In this document: positions 45,551-53,782 of the stretch, piece by piece | Numbering within the stretch: the stretch's first letter is position 1 | Layout of the letters: every line of letters begins with the position of its first letter | Virus record (IMG/VR): IMGVR_UViG_3300032332_000896 | Coordinates: 1-59,671 of that record | DNA from: a virus | Lineage: Duplodnaviria > Caudoviricetes | Length of the DNA: 59,671 bases | Direction: 5' to 3' (one strand) | The notes under the pieces: model-generated | The model's database searches: none | Seen by the model: only the letters and a program-made list of their open reading frames with translations | Told to the model about the DNA's origin: nothing | Made by a program: the position numbers and the translations under genes

Positions 45551-46645
45551 TCAGGCCGCGTCAGCGGCGTAGGACGAGATCACGATGGTCGCGAAGTCCT
45601 TCGAGTTGAAGACGGACTTCTTGACCCCGTAGAGGCACAGGGCGTTCTGCCCGTACTCACGGTCGTAATCGAACGTCTGTTCACGGATACGCCACTCTTC
45701 GGGGCCGTAGCCCTGTCCGAATGCCATGATGAGCGACTGCGCGCCGCAGAAGATCGCGCGGCGAACCGTCGTGATGGCCGCGCCAGCGGCAGTGACGCCG
45801 TAGGGAACGCGGTTGGAGACCATGATGACCGTCTCGTTGTAGATACCGAGACCGCCCTTCCAGATCATCGACTCGTCGCCCTTGCCGCCCTGCAGCAGCG
45901 CCTTCTGCAAGTCCATCCAGTTGTTCGTGCTGGTGGACGTGCGCAGAGACGTGACCTGCGTGGGGTGAACGAAGCAAACGTACTTCGCGCCGCCCGGAAG
46001 GCCCTTGATCGGACGGATCGGGACAAGGCCGGTAGAGCCGCCCGTTTCCGCGAGTTCGCGAGCACGGTCGATCTGCTGCAGCGTCATCTCGTCGCCCGTT
46101 GAGTCGAGGTCGGAGTCCTGCGTTGCGCCAACTTCGGTCCAAATCTGACGACCAGTGGTCGGAGCAGTGATGGTGTTGAAGCCGTTGTACTGGCCGTTGG
46201 CGGCGAGCGAGTTCGCCGGGGTGTAGCCCGCGAGATGGTACATCGCGACCTGATCCAGACGGGCTGCGTGCCAGTCGGCGAGGGCGTCGTTGCCTTCCTT
46301 TGCGATGTCGAAGGGAACGCGCTGCTGGGCCATCGTGGTGCGGTTACGATAGGCGTTGGACAGCTCGCCGAGAGTGACATCATCCGTATAGGTGGTGATG
46401 CTTTCCTCGTTACCTTCTTGGGTCATGAGTTCGGTGACGCCGTCCGAGTTGAACTGCATGCGCAGCGCGACGCGAACGCGATCTCCCGCACCCTTCTGGG
46501 TTTCGGGAGCGAGAGTGATGAGGGCTGACCCGGAGTCTTTAATCATCGGGTAGATAACGGTCGCTTTCAGCGCTTCGCGCGCGAGCCGTTTCGACCAGAT
46601 TTTGACGACTTCGTTGTCGCCCACAGCATATGACTTGGTTGCCAT
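45551..46645 (-). CDS. Major capsid protein (N4-gp56/DUF4043 type)
   Basis: VK.WS..L.RE, KGAGDRV...L, EGNEE, YV.FVHP.Q...LR, G.LGIYN, RAIFCGAQ, G.KK..FN..DF. Confidence 0.9.
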   Translation of the reverse strand: MATKSYAVGDNEVVKIWSKRLAREALKATVIYPMIKDSGSALITLAPETQKGAGDRVRVALRMQFNSDGVTELMTQEGNEESITTYTDDVTLGELSNAYRNRTTMAQQRVPFDIAKEGNDALADWHAARLDQVAMYHLAGYTPANSLAANGQYNGFNTITAPTTGRQIWTEVGATQDSDLDSTGDEMTLQQIDRARELAETGGSTGLVPIRPIKGLPGGAKYVCFVHPTQVTSLRTSTSTNNWMDLQKALLQGGKGDESMIWKGGLGIYNETVIMVSNRVPYGVTAAGAAITTVRRAIFCGAQSLIMAFGQGYGPEEWRIREQTFDYDREYGQNALCLYGVKKSVFNSKDFATIVISSYAADAA

Positions 46646-46867
46646 GAGGGGGTGCCTGATTTGCCATGTTGAGGGGGGATCGGGCGCCGCGACGCTTCAG
46701 CCTCTAGGGCGAGCATCCTTGCTGACGTTGTCCGAGCCCGTTACCGGGGGCAAATCGAAGCAGATCGGGTTCGTGCCGTGAACCACTCGAAGTCAACAGT
46801 GGCGATACACACCACCGGACGGTGCATTAGTGACGTGGGGGTCCATTAGTTGTCAAGCGGGGCGACA
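46646..46867 (-). promoter_or_regulatory. Capsid promoter (TGTCGCCCC-GC-TTGACA) and long structured leader
   Basis: TTGACA at 46856-46851; CATTAGT repeated at 46825 and 46844; GATTTGCC/GGCAAATC long-range stem. Confidence 0.55.
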
Positions 46868-46897
46868 AAAGAAAACGGCGACCCGTGAGAGTCGCCG
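46867..46897 (-). terminator. Rho-independent terminator ending accessory island
   Basis: CGGCGAC-N8-GTCGCCG followed by TTTTCTTTT on minus strand. Confidence 0.75.
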
Positions 46898-46952
46898 CTT
46901 CCCCGCCACGGGCAACACTCCCCTTCGCGGAGGAGCGCCTGAACCGAAAACT

Positions 46953-47174
46953 CTAATCGCGAACGCGCCGCCACGCAATCATCGCGTGGTGCGGCGGCAG
47001 GTAATTCATCGACGGGCCATCGTAAAGAATCGCGACGCTGCCAGCGCCCATGATTTCAGTGAGCATTGCCTCGATCAGGTAAGGCTCGCCATCTGACGGG
47101 CTCTCGATCAGCGCCCAGATCATCTGGCCGAGCGGCGGCTTGCGGATGTCGTTGAAGGTCCAGCCCGCCCTCAC
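46953..47174 (-). CDS. Hypothetical protein
   Basis: GTGA overlap with upstream gene. Confidence 0.55.
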   Translation of the reverse strand: MRAGWTFNDIRKPPLGQMIWALIESPSDGEPYLIEAMLTEIMGAGSVAILYDGPSMNYLPPHHAMIAWRRVRD

Positions 47175-47740
47175 GCAACGCGCCTGAACTGCAGAACCTC
47201 TGCCGCCGACGCGCGGACGATCTTTCCGCTGCGCACCTTCTCGGCGAAGTATTCGTCATTCGCCTTGGCCTGCTTCGCGATGATCTGGGCGAGCAGGTCG
47301 TCGACGCTTGGGTCCGCTTCGATCTGAATCTGGCTGGCCGTGTAGGGTGCGAAGTGGAGCATGTCGGCCATTGACCTGATCTCTGTTCGCACCTCCATAA
47401 GCGGACTCACGCGGTCGAAGGTTGGCAGCACGCCGCCGTGCATCGCGTGTATCTGCACCTTGTCGCGGTGCCCGATCTGGGCGCGCATGGTCGGCATCTC
47501 GTCCCTACTGTAGTCCGCCCTGTGGACGTGTCGGTGATAGTCCCAGTGCGCGTCGCGCGCGTAGGCGGTCAGGCCGCTCTCGCGATGGTGCGCCACCAGC
47601 GACAACCCACCATGGGCGTAGTCCTGATCGGCATAAAGCTCCCAGCCAGCGCGGCCAAGGTCGAGCGTCGAGGATACCCACCCGTTCGCAATCAGGCGAA
47701 TAGGGCGACCGAACGGTTCAGGCAGGTATCCGTTCCGCAT
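47171..47740 (-). CDS. Conserved phage hypothetical protein
   Basis: GW.SST.DL..AGWE ... SVDDLL..I..KQ. Confidence 0.65.
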   Translation of the reverse strand: MRNGYLPEPFGRPIRLIANGWVSSTLDLGRAGWELYADQDYAHGGLSLVAHHRESGLTAYARDAHWDYHRHVHRADYSRDEMPTMRAQIGHRDKVQIHAMHGGVLPTFDRVSPLMEVRTEIRSMADMLHFAPYTASQIQIEADPSVDDLLAQIIAKQAKANDEYFAEKVRSGKIVRASAAEVLQFRRVA

Positions 47741-47742
47741 GC

Positions 47743-47946
47743 TTACAGCGCTCCAGCTTCAATCTTGGCCAGCGTGGTCTCGATCTCGCGCTCGATGCCG
47801 CGCACCGCCTCTTCAGCGACCGCCTTGCGCTTGTACAGCGCGATGAGCGCCTTCTTCGCAGCCTCGCCCTGCTCCTTGGCTACTTCCGCCTCAGCGGCCC
47901 GCCTGATGCCTTCTGCGCGGCTGACGGTAAACTCGATATCGCTCAT
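47743..47946 (-). CDS. Small coiled-coil protein
   Basis: GAGGA RBS. Confidence 0.6.
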   Translation of the reverse strand: MSDIEFTVSRAEGIRRAAEAEVAKEQGEAAKKALIALYKRKAVAEEAVRGIEREIETTLAKIEAGAL

Positions 47947-48110
47947 GTGATCCTCTTCACGGTTATGCGCCACGGAAACACTCTACTCCACCACGGACGC
48001 GCCATGCGCTCACGTATCCGGGCCTTCTCTGCGTCGATCTTGCAACGCCGATCCTCTTCCTCGATTTCAGCCAGAGCTGCTTCGCGGATCATCTCTGTGC
48101 TTTCACTCAT
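47943..48110 (-). CDS. Small hypothetical protein
   Basis: MSESTEMIREAAL...PWWSRVFPW. Confidence 0.55.
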   Translation of the reverse strand: MSESTEMIREAALAEIEEEDRRCKIDAEKARIRERMARPWWSRVFPWRITVKRIT

Positions 48111-48378
48111 GCTCACCCCCCTGTGCGAGAGCAGCGCGGGCTCTAGCCAGATTGGCGCGCTCGTGTTCAGTCGGCGGCGGGCTATTGAGTGCGCCTGAGA
48201 CGTGCGCGGCCTCCACATCAGCGGCGAGGTATTCCAGCGCGCTCCTGTAGCGATCACGCTCTGCCACGAGTGCGTCTAACGCGGTGGCGGCGTCTTCCCA
48301 AAGTTCCTCAATCGCTCGCAGGGAGAGATTTGCCGTTCCCGCCCGCAACTGCTCGATCAGTTCAGCGTGGTCGGTCAT
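48103..48378 (-). CDS. Ead/Ea22-like hypothetical protein
   Basis: ELIEQLR...AA.ALDALVAERD...ARAAL. Confidence 0.6.
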   Translation of the reverse strand: MTDHAELIEQLRAGTANLSLRAIEELWEDAATALDALVAERDRYRSALEYLAADVEAAHVSGALNSPPPTEHERANLARARAALAQGGEHE

Positions 48379-48560
48379 GCGCGTTCGCCCTTCAGCTTGT
48401 TGAGGTACTCACGCAATCCCGCGAGCGCATATTCACGCCCTTCGCGGTCGGTCCCGTGGCGCAAGCTGACAAGCATGTAGCCGTATGTTTCGGAGATTAG
48501 CCGCTCGACTTCTGATGGCGCGGAAAGATCAAACGGGCGCGGCTTTGTATTGTCGGTCAT
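48375..48560 (-). CDS. Hypothetical protein
   Basis: ATGA-coupled. Confidence 0.55.
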   Translation of the reverse strand: MTDNTKPRPFDLSAPSEVERLISETYGYMLVSLRHGTDREGREYALAGLREYLNKLKGERA

Positions 48561-49033
48561 GGCTTTTCTCCCGGTGGGGGTGTCAGTCGCTCAACAACCG
48601 TGTCGATCAGATCGCACGCCTCGTATTCGCCCTGCTCTGTGAGATACGTTGCCAGCTTGGTGAGCTTGTTGATTAGCTCGGGGGAGATGGACGGAGGCAT
48701 GGCGGCTATGGCGGCGCGGGCTTCCCAACGCATCGCATTGCGGCCCACATCGTCCAGCATCTCAAACGGACCTGACGTGGCTTCGCAGATCGCCCGCGCT
48801 ACCCGTTCGATTTGATCATCAGTCGCTATAGGACGGGCTTCAGGAGGCGGGAAAAACGCGGCACGGCAGACACCTAGGGCTGCGTGGGCTTGCTTCATCG
48901 CAAGATCGTGCTGGGCGTAAAAGCCTTGGCTCTCTAGGTCTTCCCATGCGTGGTAGAACTTCCCGCCCTTCGGAATGCCTGCCTCATAGATAGCCCTCGC
49001 CAACTTCTCTACCGTCTCATGCTCGGCCATCAC
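48557..49033 (-). CDS. Hypothetical protein with duplicated E..ARAI module
   Basis: VEKLARAIYEA and IERVARAICEA. Confidence 0.6.
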   Translation of the reverse strand: MMAEHETVEKLARAIYEAGIPKGGKFYHAWEDLESQGFYAQHDLAMKQAHAALGVCRAAFFPPPEARPIATDDQIERVARAICEATSGPFEMLDDVGRNAMRWEARAAIAAMPPSISPELINKLTKLATYLTEQGEYEACDLIDTVVERLTPPPGEKP

Positions 49034-49359
49034 GCGGGCTCCTTCACGCGCGCGCGATACTTCTTGGGCTCTGGATCGCCCGGCACAGGGTAGCCATTCT
49101 TGGCTGCGAGCTTGAGCGCTGAGCGCACGTCGCCGGGCAGCGTCGCCTTATCGAAGGTGCAGAGTGCATCTGCAATTTCAGCGTCGCTGTAGCCATGCAC
49201 GACCGCGAGCTTCCACGCCTCGAACTGGCGCGCGGACAGATTGTACGCCGCCTCGATCAGCTTCTCATCCGAAATTTCTATCTTCTGGCGCTTGCGGAAA
49301 TTGTCTGGCAGCTCGTTGAGGAAGCCAACGCCCTCATCGCCGCGTACTTGAAACGTCAT
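49030..49359 (-). CDS. Protein with sigma-70 region-4-like HTH
   Basis: LSARQFEAWKL.VVHGYS.AEIADAL; GAGGAG RBS. Confidence 0.6.
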   Translation of the reverse strand: MTFQVRGDEGVGFLNELPDNFRKRQKIEISDEKLIEAAYNLSARQFEAWKLAVVHGYSDAEIADALCTFDKATLPGDVRSALKLAAKNGYPVPGDPEPKKYRARVKEPA

Positions 49360-49382
49360 CGTTGCTCCTCTTCAAAATAGGT

Positions 49383-49463
49383 GCGCGGAGAGCTTGGGTT
49401 GGGGGAACGGGCTCTCCGCGCTGCGCACTGGGCGGGTTGGGGAACCGGCATTACCCAATGCGC
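49383..49463 (-). ncRNA. Tandem hairpins presenting C-rich loops (leader or sRNA)
   Basis: Two stems each enclosing GTTCCCC(C)AACCC, directly downstream of the 49498 promoter. Confidence 0.4.
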
Positions 49464-49469
49464 TTTCAG

Positions 49470-49509
49470 TACCTACTGATTTGGAGCGCCTCCGTCAACT
49501 GGAGCGACA
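49470..49509 (-). promoter_or_regulatory. Promoter TGTCGCTCCAG-TTGACG-17-TAGGTA
   Basis: 17/18 match to the early promoter core TGTCGCCCCAGTTGACGG. Confidence 0.75.
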
Positions 49510-49547
49510 TTTGTTCTCCACACAAAATTCCTCCGCTGTAGCCCGAG

Positions 49548-49576
49548 TTGACATATCAAACGTGGTGTGATATTGT
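49548..49576 (+). promoter_or_regulatory. Promoter TTGACA-17-TATTGT
   Basis: Near-consensus sigma70; divergent from 49498 promoter. Confidence 0.7.
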
Positions 49577-49624
49577 TCTTTGTCGCTGTAAATCGGCGGC
49601 GAATGCTTGAAAGAGGAAAATACC

Positions 49625-49885
49625 ATGAGCTTTTTTGGCGGCGACACGAATGTCGCGCACTTCACCTGCAGCCTGTCGATCAAGGATTTCCCGATCAGAT
49701 CGCAGGCGCGGCGAGACGCCTACAAGAAAATCTCGGATGCCTTTGGCAGGGAGAAGTACTTCCAGTTCAAAGTGAAGGATGAGCATGGAAAGGGCGTGGC
49801 GCGGCTATCATGCGAAGCGCACGCAGCGGACATACTCGCCAAGACTGGCGTGCCAACTGAAGTGTGCGAAGGCTGCTTCCTGTAA
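49625..49885 (+). CDS. Stand-alone small protein (moron-like)
   Basis: Own promoter, AGAGGA RBS, own terminator. Confidence 0.7.
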   Translation: MSFFGGDTNVAHFTCSLSIKDFPIRSQARRDAYKKISDAFGREKYFQFKVKDEHGKGVARLSCEAHAADILAKTGVPTEVCEGCFL

Positions 49886-49887
49886 CG

Positions 49888-49922
49888 AAAAAAAGCCCCG
49901 GCCATCACAGCCGGGGCTTTTA
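49888..49922. terminator. Bidirectional terminator
   Basis: AAAAAAAGCCCCGGC-CATCACA-GCCGGGGCTTTT. Confidence 0.85.
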
Positions 49923-49939
49923 CTTTTGTGGTCGCCGCT

Positions 49940-50233
49940 TCAGTGCCAGTCGGGATAGGCGCTCACGCCGTTGCCGTGCTTGTCCACGATGGCGATGCAC
50001 GCAACATTCGGAAGTTTCATCAGCTCCTCGAACCAGTGCTTGCTGTCGATGGTCGTGCAGATGTTCATCATCTGCTCGGACAGGATGCCGTGATTGAAAT
50101 CCTCTGCGGCCTTCAGCGACTTCGCGACGCGCCAGATACGAACCTTGTGGTTCTGCGCGGTGATCTCCGTCAGCGTCTCGTACTGGCGATTCTTCAGGCC
50201 GATCATGCGAGCGGCTTGGCGCAGTAATTCCAT
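49940..50233 (-). CDS. Hypothetical protein
   Basis: TGATG coupling. Confidence 0.55.
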   Translation of the reverse strand: MELLRQAARMIGLKNRQYETLTEITAQNHKVRIWRVAKSLKAAEDFNHGILSEQMMNICTTIDSKHWFEELMKLPNVACIAIVDKHGNGVSAYPDWH

Positions 50234-50454
50234 CAGGCGCGGCTTTCAAATGGGTCGGGGTGAGACAGGCCCCAAGCGGAATTGCCTGAGCCCTTCACAT
50301 CCAGCATGTCGAAGCAAAGGATGTCACGCGAGTCGTTCAGCTCCACAACGAACATCGGGTTAGTGTCAGGCCCATAGTCAAGCATGATACGCGCGATGCC
50401 GTCGCCACGCGGTGTAACAACGAACAGCGGCGGGTTCAGTTGGAGAGCAATCAA
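50233..50454 (-). CDS. Conserved phage hypothetical protein
   Basis: QLNPPL.V.TP.G.G.A....DYG. Confidence 0.65.
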   Translation of the reverse strand: MIALQLNPPLFVVTPRGDGIARIMLDYGPDTNPMFVVELNDSRDILCFDMLDVKGSGNSAWGLSHPDPFESRA

Positions 50455-50915
50455 TCAGGCACCTTGATCTTCTTCATTTCCGACTGGCGTATCTCGACGC
50501 ATCTCTCGATGTCGTGGATGTCGCCACGGTCGGTGCGACCGGCCTTCCGACTCTTCTCCAGATGCGCGTTGGTCAGGTGAGCCCACATCAGCTGGTCGTC
50601 GTAGTGGACGATGATGAGCACGTTGACCCGGCGCTCGTATCCCATGATGAGGAGCTTGCGTGCCTTGGCGTAGGACAGGATCAGCGTGTCGTAGGTATCC
50701 GCCGTCACCCGGCGCCGCTTGTGTTCGCCGATGGCCAGTAGCCTGCCCTCGCGCGTGATCTGGTAGTCAGCCGTCGCCAGTTTCGGCATCAGCTTGACAT
50801 CGACCTGCCACGCAGCGCGCAACACCTTCGCCACGGCCCGCTGCTCATCGCGGTCGGACTCGGTTTCGTAAACAGGTCTCTTTGCGTATCGGTTGACGCC
50901 GGGAATCATTTTCAT
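50451..50915 (-). CDS. PD-(D/E)xK-like nuclease
   Basis: ADY........IGEHKRR; GR.DRGD..DIE. Confidence 0.6.
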   Translation of the reverse strand: MKMIPGVNRYAKRPVYETESDRDEQRAVAKVLRAAWQVDVKLMPKLATADYQITREGRLLAIGEHKRRRVTADTYDTLILSYAKARKLLIMGYERRVNVLIIVHYDDQLMWAHLTNAHLEKSRKAGRTDRGDIHDIERCVEIRQSEMKKIKVPD

Positions 50916-50964
50916 AGAATAACCCAAGACAGGAGGGTCCACCAACTGTCGCCACCCAGACTAG

Positions 50965-50997
50965 GAAACCCCGGCATGCGTGTGCCGGGGTTTTTCC
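50965..50997. terminator. Terminator after scaffold gene
   Basis: AAACCCCGGCA-TGCGTG-TGCCGGGGTTT. Confidence 0.75.
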
Positions 50998-50998
50998 G

Positions 50999-51952
50999 TT
51001 AGCGGGACAGGTATTTCTCCATCGCCGAGTCGAACGCGGCCCCCTTCAGCTCGCCGATCTGGGCAAGAGAAAGCGTGCCGGAACTCTGCGCCCCGCCGCC
51101 GCCGATGGTCTTCGCGGCCTGCTGTCCTGCCTTCTGGGTTGAGAGCTTCTGTTGCTGAGCCGCAAGCTGCTGGGCGGCTGTATTGGCTCCCGCGCTCTTT
51201 GGCCTCCAGTTCAGCATCTTAGCGGCCTCGTAGGCCATCTGGGCGGGGTTACGTCCTTGGGACAAACCCATCTGCGCCATGTTGATCGCCCAGTTCAGGG
51301 CCATCTGCTCGGCCTGAGCTTTTGGAGCCCCGGCCAGCTCCAGCTTCTTCTGCTCCATGTCGACCAGCCACTCGGCTGCTTCGTCATAGTCAGGGTTGGC
51401 ATCGCGGAACTCGGCCTCGAAGTCCTCGACCGTGTTCTTCAGCTGCGTGACCTGATCGATCTGCTGCTGCTGGACCTGTTGCTGTTGCCAGCGCTGGCCC
51501 TCTTGCTGCTCGCGCTGCATGCGCAAGGCGCGCTCATACTTCAGCGCCTCGACGACGTTCTCTTCCGGGTCAGGGATGTTGCCCATCTGGCGACGCGCCT
51601 GCAGTGCTCGCTGCTGTTGCTCATAGCGTGCGAGCTGGTCAGCCATCTGCTTGTTCTGGGCTTCGGCGGCGCGGCGCTTGGCGCGCTCGGACGCGGCCTG
51701 ACCATCCTTGTCCGCCGCCTTCTTCTCGATGTCTGCGAGGCGCTTGCGGATCACCTCGATATCGTTCTCGGCAGCAAGCGCTTCTGCGGCCTTCTCGGCG
51801 TCAGTCTTCTCGACGATTGCAGTGGGCTCGTCCTGAACAGGCGCGGCCTTCTCTGGGATGGCTGAGGGAGAGAAGCCCTCGTCGCCCTCCTGCAGCGTCA
51901 TCGGCGCTTTCTCGATGACTGCAGAGAGTTGGGATTCGATGTCGTCTGCCAT
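50999..51952 (-). CDS. Capsid scaffolding protein
   Basis: Acidic N-terminus, ER.KRR coiled coil, PDPEE, F...NPDYDEA, G.NPA..AYE.AK. Confidence 0.8.
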   Translation of the reverse strand: MADDIESQLSAVIEKAPMTLQEGDEGFSPSAIPEKAAPVQDEPTAIVEKTDAEKAAEALAAENDIEVIRKRLADIEKKAADKDGQAASERAKRRAAEAQNKQMADQLARYEQQQRALQARRQMGNIPDPEENVVEALKYERALRMQREQQEGQRWQQQQVQQQQIDQVTQLKNTVEDFEAEFRDANPDYDEAAEWLVDMEQKKLELAGAPKAQAEQMALNWAINMAQMGLSQGRNPAQMAYEAAKMLNWRPKSAGANTAAQQLAAQQQKLSTQKAGQQAAKTIGGGGAQSSGTLSLAQIGELKGAAFDSAMEKYLSR

Positions 51953-52027
51953 GAGTGGTCTCCGTTTCTGAAATGAAAAAACCCAGCGCGATGGCTGGGT
52001 TCTCTGTCGTCTGATTGTGGTGGTGGA

Positions 52028-52270
52028 CTACTGAGTGACTTTGAACCCGGCCTCGGGAATGACGAGGCGAAGGTTGGGCAATCGTTTGTTGACGTGCTCA
52101 ACGAATGCGCGGTGTGTCTGCTTCAGCAGCTCGATGTGCTGCAGCATCATCTCGTTCTCGACCGCGAGCATGCCGAAGATCAGGTGAGGCTCATCGCCCG
52201 CTTGAATGTTCGCTCTTTCGAGGAGGCGGATGTAGGCGTCCTCCATGATCTTCTTGTCGTCCTTGTTCAT
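52028..52270 (-). CDS. Hypothetical protein
   Basis: ATGA-coupled; followed by hairpin 51975-52002. Confidence 0.55.
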   Translation of the reverse strand: MNKDDKKIMEDAYIRLLERANIQAGDEPHLIFGMLAVENEMMLQHIELLKQTHRAFVEHVNKRLPNLRLVIPEAGFKVTQ

Positions 52271-52494
52271 GCGCGGCCTCTTGCCTTCAGCAGTTTCAGT
52301 GGAATGTCATGCACTTCGCCATGACTGAGGGCTATCGCCATGTATCGTCGTCCGCTCGCGATGTCGGTCGCAGCAACGCCGATTGCGTTCAGTGCGCCGA
52401 ACCCGTTCAGCACGACATCCTTGAACCCGCAGACCGTGAGCCCGCGCTCGATGCGCGTGGCCTGACGCCTCGTCATCCAGAGTGGTAAGTCCAT
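52267..52494 (-). CDS. Hypothetical protein
   Basis: GGGAGGG RBS. Confidence 0.55.
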   Translation of the reverse strand: MDLPLWMTRRQATRIERGLTVCGFKDVVLNGFGALNAIGVAATDIASGRRYMAIALSHGEVHDIPLKLLKARGRA

Positions 52495-52507
52495 GTCTCA
52501 GCCCTCC

Positions 52508-53776
52508 CTATGCCGCCATGAGAAGGAGCATGTCATCCTCCTCCTCTTCCTCAAGACGGAGCTGCTCGGCATAGGCTGCAAGCTCGCGCTGGAATGCGAG
52601 AAGCTCCTGCCTGCGCCGCTCCTTCTCCTTCTCGACCTTCAGCGCCTCAAGCCCGATGGCTTCGAGCACGCGGTTGATCTTGTCGATCTTGCTGCGGTTC
52701 TCGGCGCGCAGCGCTTCTGTGGTGAGCTGCTCCAGCGCTTTGACCTGAACCTGATCGCTCGACACCGACAGGCGTGACAGCATGCCAGCGGAAATCTTGG
52801 CAGGCATGACCGCATCAGCGGCGAGCGGCTCTGGTTCCGGCTTGGGCTCGAAGTTGCGATAGTCGGTCGGATCGTAGTCGCGCTCTTCGGGGCGCAGCGG
52901 ACGCCACGATTCTTTCCTGCGCTTGCGGCGATGAAACCTGTCGATCAGGTTGTCGGCTGTGCTTAGGGCTGCGCTGCCTGTTACCGTTGGCGCGTAGCCG
53001 ACCAGTGTCAGCGTGCCTGTGCCCGGCGCGACCGTGACATCGACTGCGCCACCACTGACCGTTGGGGCAAAGCCATTGAGCACCAATGTGCCAGTGCCGG
53101 GCGATGCGGTGCTGTCTGCCGCGACAGACGGCGCGAGACCCGTGAGGGTCAGCGACCCAACACCCGGCGTTGCAACGCTGCTGGCTGACAGGGTCGGAGC
53201 AAAGCCGGTGAGCGTGAGTGCGCCAGTCCCCGGATTGGCGGTGAAGTCAACCACTCCGCTGCCGCCCGTTACGGTCGGAGCGAATCCAGTCAGCGTCAGC
53301 GAGCCAGCACCGGGCGTGACAGAACTATCGGCCACTACACTGGCCGCAAACCCGGTCAGCGTCAGCGATCCAACACCGGGAGTGACTGCAGACGACGCGG
53401 CGAGCGTTGCCGCAAACCCGGTAAGAGTAAGCGCACCCGCGCCGGGTGTGACAGAGCTGCTGGCCGCGAGCGTGACCGCAAGGCCGGTAAGAGTAAGCGA
53501 GCCCGCGCCGGGCGTTGCAGTGAAGTTGGCCGCGACTGTCGCGCCGAACCCTGTGAGCGTTAGTGAGCCCACTCCCGGCGTGACGGACGAACTCGCTGTA
53601 ACTGTTGCTGCCTGCCCAGCCAGCGTGAGCGTGCCCGCGCCGGGGAATAGCGTGACGCTGCCAGCCGCAACGCCAGTTGTAATCAGGTCTTCAGTGAAAA
53701 ATCCCTCGACAGACGCGGTGGGTGTGAACCACGTCGCGTCCCGCAGGAACCCGCTGAATGACCCAAACCTAGCCAT
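52508..53776 (-). CDS. Repeat-containing virion protein
   Basis: About ten ~23-aa TPG(V/A/T)G.LTL.G(F/L)A repeats; charged tail ending EEEEDDMLLLMAA. Confidence 0.7.
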   Translation of the reverse strand: MARFGSFSGFLRDATWFTPTASVEGFFTEDLITTGVAAGSVTLFPGAGTLTLAGQAATVTASSSVTPGVGSLTLTGFGATVAANFTATPGAGSLTLTGLAVTLAASSSVTPGAGALTLTGFAATLAASSAVTPGVGSLTLTGFAASVVADSSVTPGAGSLTLTGFAPTVTGGSGVVDFTANPGTGALTLTGFAPTLSASSVATPGVGSLTLTGLAPSVAADSTASPGTGTLVLNGFAPTVSGGAVDVTVAPGTGTLTLVGYAPTVTGSAALSTADNLIDRFHRRKRRKESWRPLRPEERDYDPTDYRNFEPKPEPEPLAADAVMPAKISAGMLSRLSVSSDQVQVKALEQLTTEALRAENRSKIDKINRVLEAIGLEALKVEKEKERRRQELLAFQRELAAYAEQLRLEEEEEDDMLLLMAA

Positions 53777-53782
53777 TCGTCA

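Noticed and set aside
44102-46102. 666-aa plus-strand ORF
   Set aside because: Antisense shadow of the MCP, decoration and glycosyltransferase genes caused by GC3 bias; no motifs.
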